Origin: an uncultured Hyphomicrobiales bacterium
Lineage (GTDB): Bacteria > Pseudomonadota > Alphaproteobacteria > Micropepsales > Micropepsaceae
Reading direction: 5' to 3'
NCBI GenBank assembly: GCA_966211925.1
Contig: CBIHOI010000006.1
Location: forward strand, 8,313 to 72,312
DNA length: 64,000 bases
Shown: positions 58,408-64,000 of the stretch, piece by piece
How the letters are laid out: the number at the start of each line of letters is the position of its first letter
Numbering within the stretch: position 1 is the first letter of the stretch
The notes under the pieces: model-generated
The model's database searches: none
What the model saw: only the letters and a program-made list of their open reading frames with translations
Told to the model about the DNA's origin: nothing
Translations under genes and position numbers: made by a program

Positions 58408-60162
58408 TCACATTCTTTCGGGTATTTCGATGCCCAAAAGGGTCAGAATCCGGGTCAGGACCGCCAGGACCAGGGTGCAGAGACCCAGCCGGGCCGCCCG
58501 CAGGCCCGCATCCGATTCGGACAGGACATGGTGCTCGCTGTAGAAGCGGCTGAAATTCTGCGCCAGCTCGAAGGCGAACTCGCACAGCATGTTGGGCGCC
58601 CGCTTGTCTTCGGCCGCCGCCAGAACGTCCTGCAGCGACAGCAATTGCAGGATCAGTCGGCGCTCCTCGGCGGAATGAATGGCGGGAGTGCCGACGGTGA
58701 AGCCCTGCTCGCGGGCCCGGCGCAGCATCGACTGGATGCGCACGGCGGCGTACTGCAGGTAAGGCCCGGTCTTGCCTTCGAAAGTGGAAAACCGCTCCAG
58801 GTCGAAGATGTAGTCGGTGGTCCGCATGTGCGACAGGTCGGCGAACTTGATGGTCGCGATGCCGACCTTGCGCGCGATCTCGGCGCGCTCCTCCGCTGAA
58901 AAATCAGCGCCGATATTCTGTTCGGCCAGGCGCTTTTGCGCTTCCGCCGTCGCCATGGCGATCAGGTCATGCAGCTTCATGACGCCGCCGGCGCGGGTCT
59001 TGAAGGGCTTGCCATCAGCGCCATTCATGGTGCCGTAGCCGACATGCTCCAGCTGCGCCTTGCCGGACAGGCCGGCTTTGGCAGCCGCGCGGAAGACCTG
59101 CTCGAAATGACCATGCTGGCGGTGATCCACCACATAGAGGATCAGGTCGGGGTCTTGCTCGCGCACCCGTTCGATGATTGTGGCCAGATCGGTGGTCCCA
59201 TACAGCACACCGCCCTCGGACTTCACCAGGATCAGCGGCGGCAGCGGCTTCTTGTCGTCATCTTTCGCAACCGGCACAACCAGCGCGCCTTCGCTGATCT
59301 CCGCGATGCCCCGCTGCTTGAGATCGTCGATCATGGGCGCGATCAGGGCATCAACGCTGGATTCACCGTTCCAAAGGTCGAACGTCACGCCCAAGCTGCC
59401 GAATTCGCGCTGAAGGCCGTGCTCCGACACCTTCACGAAATGCCGCCACAAGGCGCGATAGCCGGGGCGGCCGGCCTGCAGGTCCACGGTCGCGCGGCGC
59501 GCCGCTTCCAGCCGCGCCGGATCGGCCTTGCAGGCGGCAGAGGCCCGCGGATAAAGCGTTTCCAGTTCATCCATCGTGACCGGCGGCTCATCTGGGTAAG
59601 GACCGACGAAATTCACATCGAAATAGATGGGAGCCGTTCCCTCGATCTCCACCTCCGATATAAGCTGGCCCATCTGCAGGCCCCAGTCGCCCAGATGCAC
59701 ATCGCTGACGACTTTCCAGCCATTGGCGCGGTACAGCCGCTGCAGGCAATCCCCGATGATGGAGGAGCGCAAATGGCCCACATGCATGGGCTTGGCGACG
59801 TTGGGGCCGCCGAAATCGATCACCACCGCCTTGCCGGCGCCCGTGTCTGCGCCCTTGCCAGGATCGAGCGATGCAGCGCGCGCATCCAGGGCCTCATCGG
59901 CGAGATCGAGATTGAGAAACCCCGGCCCCGCGATTTCAACCTTGGAAAAAATCGGATTGGCCTTCAGTCGCTCCGCTATTTTTTCGGCAATGGCGCGCGG
60001 GTTGGACTTGGCCGCCTTTGCGGCCGCCAACGCGCCGTTGCACTGGAACTGCGCCAGGTCCGGCCGGTCGGCGATCTGGATGCGTCCGAAGCTCTCCGCC
60101 AAGCCCTCCGCCGCGAAGGCCTGCCCCGCGATGCGCGAGAGTTCACCTGCCAACGACGTCAT
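58408..60162 (-). CDS. argS: Arginyl-tRNA synthetase (start re-called to 60162)
   Basis: FQCNGAL, AGPGFLN, GPNVAKPMHVGHLRS, GDWGLQMG, YGTTDLA, KTGPYLQY, GIEIPERM. Confidence 0.96.
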   Translation of the reverse strand: MTSLAGELSRIAGQAFAAEGLAESFGRIQIADRPDLAQFQCNGALAAAKAAKSNPRAIAEKIAERLKANPIFSKVEIAGPGFLNLDLADEALDARAASLDPGKGADTGAGKAVVIDFGGPNVAKPMHVGHLRSSIIGDCLQRLYRANGWKVVSDVHLGDWGLQMGQLISEVEIEGTAPIYFDVNFVGPYPDEPPVTMDELETLYPRASAACKADPARLEAARRATVDLQAGRPGYRALWRHFVKVSEHGLQREFGSLGVTFDLWNGESSVDALIAPMIDDLKQRGIAEISEGALVVPVAKDDDKKPLPPLILVKSEGGVLYGTTDLATIIERVREQDPDLILYVVDHRQHGHFEQVFRAAAKAGLSGKAQLEHVGYGTMNGADGKPFKTRAGGVMKLHDLIAMATAEAQKRLAEQNIGADFSAEERAEIARKVGIATIKFADLSHMRTTDYIFDLERFSTFEGKTGPYLQYAAVRIQSMLRRAREQGFTVGTPAIHSAEERRLILQLLSLQDVLAAAEDKRAPNMLCEFAFELAQNFSRFYSEHHVLSESDAGLRAARLGLCTLVLAVLTRILTLLGIEIPERM

Positions 60163-60689
60163 GGCAGGTAGCGGCCCTTTTTGGCGTTGTAGGCGATCTG
60201 CTCCGGCGTCAGCTGGAAGCCGGACAGCAACTGGTAGTTCCACGGCAGCTTGCCATTCTCCAGCAGGATGGACGTGTCATCAGGCGACTGCTTGATGACG
60301 GCCACGGCCGCGCCCGGCGCGAAGGAGAAGCGCAGATTGTAGACATGCTTGGAATAGAGCTTGTTGCCATCATGCACGACGACGAAGAACGGCACCGAAT
60401 AGGTTGCACCATCGGCCGTCGGGGTGCGGGTCGCGCGGAAGGTCAACTCCAGCGACGCACGGATGACGGCGGTGCGCTGGTTGTAGGCGCAGTCGCCCAC
60501 GGCATCGACCAGCGTCACCGAGTAAAGCTCGTTGGAGAGGTCGGGAACGGCACCCGGGCGCATCACGGTGACGTGGGCGGTATCGGCCAGGATGGCGGGC
60601 ACCGGGCAGAGCACGATCTTCTGGCTGCACCCGGCTGCAGCCAGAACTGTGGCGGCAAGGATCAACAGGCGGACGGGGCGCAGACTCAT
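60159..60689 (-). CDS. Conserved hypothetical lipoprotein
   Basis: Lipobox LAAAGC, CPVPAILAD, PFFV, GFQLT.EQ.AYN; stop overlaps argS ATG. Confidence 0.8.
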   Translation of the reverse strand: MSLRPVRLLILAATVLAAAGCSQKIVLCPVPAILADTAHVTVMRPGAVPDLSNELYSVTLVDAVGDCAYNQRTAVIRASLELTFRATRTPTADGATYSVPFFVVVHDGNKLYSKHVYNLRFSFAPGAAVAVIKQSPDDTSILLENGKLPWNYQLLSGFQLTPEQIAYNAKKGRYLP

Positions 60690-60863
60690 CAAGACGGGTC
60701 TTCCTTAACGTGCGGCGGCGCTTGACTTTTGGCCGCCCCGGCCCGACTTCTCGCCAGCCGTCAATTTGGGGGCGGACCATAGCCAAGCGGACCGGGGATG
60801 GAAAGCATAGTCATGCGAAAAAGCCAAGTGTTTCGCGGTTTTAAGGCCGGGGCCTGACAAAAA

Positions 60864-61820
60864 ATGGCGGTTTATACGGAGGTCAGTTTCGAGGAGCTGG
60901 AGCGGCTGCTGGAGCAGTATGACATCGGCACGCCTTTGTCTTTCAAAGGCATCGCCGAGGGGATCGAAAACTCCAACTTCTACCTCCAGACCGACCGCGG
61001 CGCCTTCATCCTGACCCTGTATGAAAAGCGCGTCGATGCGTCGGACCTGCCGTTCTTCCTGGGGCTGATGGAGCATCTGGCGGCGCGCGGCTGCCACTGC
61101 CCGCTGCCGGTCAAGACCACCGATGGCCGCTCGCTGGTCAGCCTGAACGGTCGGCATGCCGCGATCGTCACCTTCCTGACCGGCATCGCGCTGCGCCGGC
61201 CCGACGCTGCCCATTGCGCTGCCGCCAGCGCGGCAATGGCCCGCCTGCACCGCGCGGGTGAAGGTTTTGCGCTCAGCCGCCCGAATGCGCTGGGACCACA
61301 AGGCTGGAAGCCGCTGGCCGACATGATCGTGGGCGCGGACAGCATCGAGGATGGCCTGACGGACCTGATTCAGGGCAGCCTGGCGACGGTGGTGCCGGCC
61401 TGGCCCACGGGCCTGCCCAGTGGCGTGATCCATGCCGACTATTTCCCCGACAATGTCCTGTTCATGCAGGACCAGGTGGGCGGCGTGATCGACTTCTATT
61501 TCGCCTGCCAGGATTTCTACATTTACGATCTGGCGATCATGCTCAACAGCTGGTGCTTCGAGCTCGATGGCAGCTTCAACATCACCAAGGGGCAATCGCT
61601 GATCGGCGCCTATCGCGCCCAGCGCGACCTGAGCGAGGATGAGATCGCCGCCCTGCCCGTTCTGATGCGCGGCTCGGCGCTGCGCTTCCTGCTGACGCGC
61701 ACTTATGACTGGCTCAATCCCGATCCCAATGCGCTGGTGCGGCCGAAAGACCCGCGCGAATATTCCAAGAAACTGCGCTTCCACAACAAGGTGAAGCACG
61801 CGCGGGAATATGGCCTGTGA
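60864..61820 (+). CDS. thrB: Homoserine kinase type II
   Basis: [41 protein letters not shown]. Confidence 0.95.
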   Translation: MAVYTEVSFEELERLLEQYDIGTPLSFKGIAEGIENSNFYLQTDRGAFILTLYEKRVDASDLPFFLGLMEHLAARGCHCPLPVKTTDGRSLVSLNGRHAAIVTFLTGIALRRPDAAHCAAASAAMARLHRAGEGFALSRPNALGPQGWKPLADMIVGADSIEDGLTDLIQGSLATVVPAWPTGLPSGVIHADYFPDNVLFMQDQVGGVIDFYFACQDFYIYDLAIMLNSWCFELDGSFNITKGQSLIGAYRAQRDLSEDEIAALPVLMRGSALRFLLTRTYDWLNPDPNALVRPKDPREYSKKLRFHNKVKHAREYGL

Positions 61821-62245
61821 TTGATCTTTTCACGGACGGCGCCTGCTCGGGAAATCCTGGTCCCGGCGGCTGGGGCGCGATTCTGCGCAGCGGCGGCCAT
61901 GAGAAGGAAATTTCCGGCGGCGAGACTGCGACCACCAACAACCGCATGGAACTGATGGCGGTGATCGAGGGGCTGAAGGCGCTAAAAAAGGGCGAGGCCG
62001 TCACCATCCATACCGACTCCCGGTATGTGATGGATGGCGCGTCCAAGTGGATCCTGGGCTGGAAGAAAAAGGGCTGGAAGACCGCCGACAAGAAGCCCGT
62101 GAAGAATGAAGACCTGTGGCGGGTGCTGGATGACGAAATGGCCCGGCACCAGATCCGCTGGATCTGGGTCGCGGGCCATTCGGGACATCCGGAGAACGAG
62201 CGCGCCGATCAACTGGCGCGTTCGGCCATTCCGGGTCGATATTAG
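61817..62245 (+). CDS. rnhA: Ribonuclease HI
   Basis: [41 protein letters not shown]. Confidence 0.97.
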   Translation: MIDLFTDGACSGNPGPGGWGAILRSGGHEKEISGGETATTNNRMELMAVIEGLKALKKGEAVTIHTDSRYVMDGASKWILGWKKKGWKTADKKPVKNEDLWRVLDDEMARHQIRWIWVAGHSGHPENERADQLARSAIPGRY

Positions 62246-62733
62246 GGCAGCTGGCCCGAGCCCAGCAGATATTCGGCGCTGGACACTTCAAATGCGCCGG
62301 GCTCTTCCACATTCAGCGACTTCACGACACCGTCTGTCACAATCATCGAATAACGCTGGCTGCGCTTGCCCATGCCGAACTTGGTGCCATCCATTTCCAG
62401 GCCCAGCGCACGGGTGAAATCGCCATTGCCGTCGGCCAGCATGTGAACCTTGCCGTCGGACTTCTGGTCCTTGCCCCAGGCGCCCATCACGAAGGCATCA
62501 TTGACGCTGACACAGGCGATCTCGTCGACGCCCTTGGCCTTCAAGGTGTCGTAGTTCGCGACGAAACCGGGCACATGCTTGGCCGAACAGGTGGGCGTGA
62601 AAGCGCCCGGCAGCGCGAACAGCGCCACGGTCTTGCCGGCAAAGAAGCTATCGGTGGGAACGGGGGTGGGCTTGCCGTCCACCATCTCCATCAGGGTGGC
62701 GGAAGGGACCTTGTCGCCGATTTTGATCGTCAT
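62242..62733 (-). CDS. Peroxiredoxin, PRX5 type
   Basis: [28 protein letters not shown]. Confidence 0.95.
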   Translation of the reverse strand: MTIKIGDKVPSATLMEMVDGKPTPVPTDSFFAGKTVALFALPGAFTPTCSAKHVPGFVANYDTLKAKGVDEIACVSVNDAFVMGAWGKDQKSDGKVHMLADGNGDFTRALGLEMDGTKFGMGKRSQRYSMIVTDGVVKSLNVEEPGAFEVSSAEYLLGSGQLP

Positions 62734-62753
62734 TTTGCTCTCCGTTGAAAAAA

Positions 62754-64000
62754 TCAGCCGATTTCCGGTGCGGCCGCCGTATTGTAATGCCTGGCGATAT
62801 AATCCAGCGCCGCCGCACCATCGAGCGCGTGCGAGAAATAATAGCCTTGGCCGAATTCGCAGCCAATTCTAGCGAGGAACTGGGCATCCGCCTCGCTTTC
62901 CACACCCTCTGCCACGACGGCGCGCCCCAGTTCATGGGCCATGCCGACAATCCCCGACAGCACCACTTCGCCGTCGGTGTCGAGGTCGGTGCCGCCGTGA
63001 CGCGCTAGGAAACTCTTGTCGATCTTCACCGTGTCCACCGGGAGGGTGCGGAACTCGCTAAGGCTGGACGCGCCAGTGCCGAAATCATCGATCGAAAGGC
63101 TGGCCCCCGCCTCGCGGATGCGCGCCATGATCTGGGGCATCCTGGGATCGGCGGCAATGATGCTCTCGGTGATTTCCAGGTTGAGCGTGCCTTCGGCAAT
63201 GCCACTCCCCGACAGGACGGTCTTCAGCAGCGCCTCGAAGCCGGCGTCCTTCAGCTGGCGGCGGGAAAAATTGACGCTGACAAACAGTGGCGGCCGGAGC
63301 GGGAAGTAACGCTGCCAGTGCGCCAGGTCTGTGGCTGCCCGTTCCAGCGCCAGACGTCCCAGCGCGACGATCAGTCCGGTTTCCTCGGAATGGGCGATGA
63401 AGTCCCCAGGTGAGACCAAGCCTTTGACGGGATGCTGCCAACGCAACAAGGCTTCGAAGCCCGCCACGCTGCGGTCCGACAGCCGGATGATGGGCTGGTA
63501 GAAGACGTCAAGCTGATCGGCGGCCAGCGCGTGACGCAATTCGCTTTCCAGCGCGACGCTGTCGCCGGGGGCCAGGTTTTCCAGCTCGCTGGTATAAAGC
63601 CGCGCGCAGGCACCGCCCTGCTTCTTGGCGGAGATCAAGGCAAGCTCGGCATTCTTGATAAGGGCAAAGGGATCTTCGCTTTGCGCGCCGGTTGCCAGCC
63701 CGATGCTGCAGGGCGCGAAGACTTCGCGGCCATCGACGCTGTAAGGCTTGCTGAGGCTTTCGGCCAGCGCATTGCCTATGGGCTGCGGCGCGCGGCGCGG
63801 ATTGGCGAACAGAAAAGCAAAGCTGTCGCCGCCTACGCGGAAGATCTGGGCCGGCTCGCCAAGGCCGTTCAGTCGCTCGGCGGCCTGCTGCAACAGGGTA
63901 TCGGCCCCCTTGTCGCCCAGGCTGGCGTGAATGGCCTTGAATCGGTCTATGTCCAGCAGCGCGAAAAGTGCCTTGTCGAAACCTTCGCCCAACGCATCCA
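62754..64000 (-). CDS. Degenerate GGDEF + EAL protein (5' end outside window)
   Basis: Frame open to window edge; LLDIDRF, GGDSF, YQPI, EALLRW, VSVN, LEITES, DDFGTG, KIDKSF, AEGVE. Confidence 0.9.
   Translation of the reverse strand, partial: DALGEGFDKALFALLDIDRFKAIHASLGDKGADTLLQQAAERLNGLGEPAQIFRVGGDSFAFLFANPRRAPQPIGNALAESLSKPYSVDGREVFAPCSIGLATGAQSEDPFALIKNAELALISAKKQGGACARLYTSELENLAPGDSVALESELRHALAADQLDVFYQPIIRLSDRSVAGFEALLRWQHPVKGLVSPGDFIAHSEETGLIVALGRLALERAATDLAHWQRYFPLRPPLFVSVNFSRRQLKDAGFEALLKTVLSGSGIAEGTLNLEITESIIAADPRMPQIMARIREAGASLSIDDFGTGASSLSEFRTLPVDTVKIDKSFLARHGGTDLDTDGEVVLSGIVGMAHELGRAVVAEGVESEADAQFLARIGCEFGQGYYFSHALDGAAALDYIARHYNTAAAPEIG

Noticed and set aside
1-64000. tRNA, rRNA, CRISPR arrays, REP-like repeat families
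   Set aside because: Intergenic gaps inspected; hairpins found are unique terminators, with no cloverleaf or repeat-spacer periodicity.

Overview
GC-rich alphaproteobacterial chromosome segment. Gene order and protein types resemble Caulobacterales/Micropepsales (Rhizomicrobium-like); this taxonomy is inference. Most of the window is conserved housekeeping synteny: DgcB-like diguanylate cyclase; iscR-iscS-sufBCD-sufS-sufU-sufT-sufA; anmK/tyrS; AsmA-like protein; bcp; M23 peptidase-bactofilin; prfB with a +1 programmed frameshift; PBP1A; amiC; rne; M48 protease-dsbA; thiS-thiG fusion; aroQ-accB-accC; aat; mlaD; nrdJ; gcvT-H-PA-PB under a tandem glycine riboswitch; argS; thrB-rnhA; and a truncated EAL protein. 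The stand-out is a ~10.2 kb block (24466-34701) between amiC and rne, which are normally adjacent and divergent. It encodes a 16-cysteine TonB-dependent receptor, two TPR-sulfotransferases, an Asp/Asn beta-hydroxylase-sulfotransferase fusion, a PKHD-type 2OG-Fe(II) hydroxylase and two small exported Cys-pair proteins. This is a candidate uncharacterised hydroxylation/sulfation plus outer-membrane transport system. No tRNA, rRNA, CRISPR array, integrase or transposase was seen. Several start codons were re-called from the ORF track. All annotations come from motif reading and recall, not database searches.
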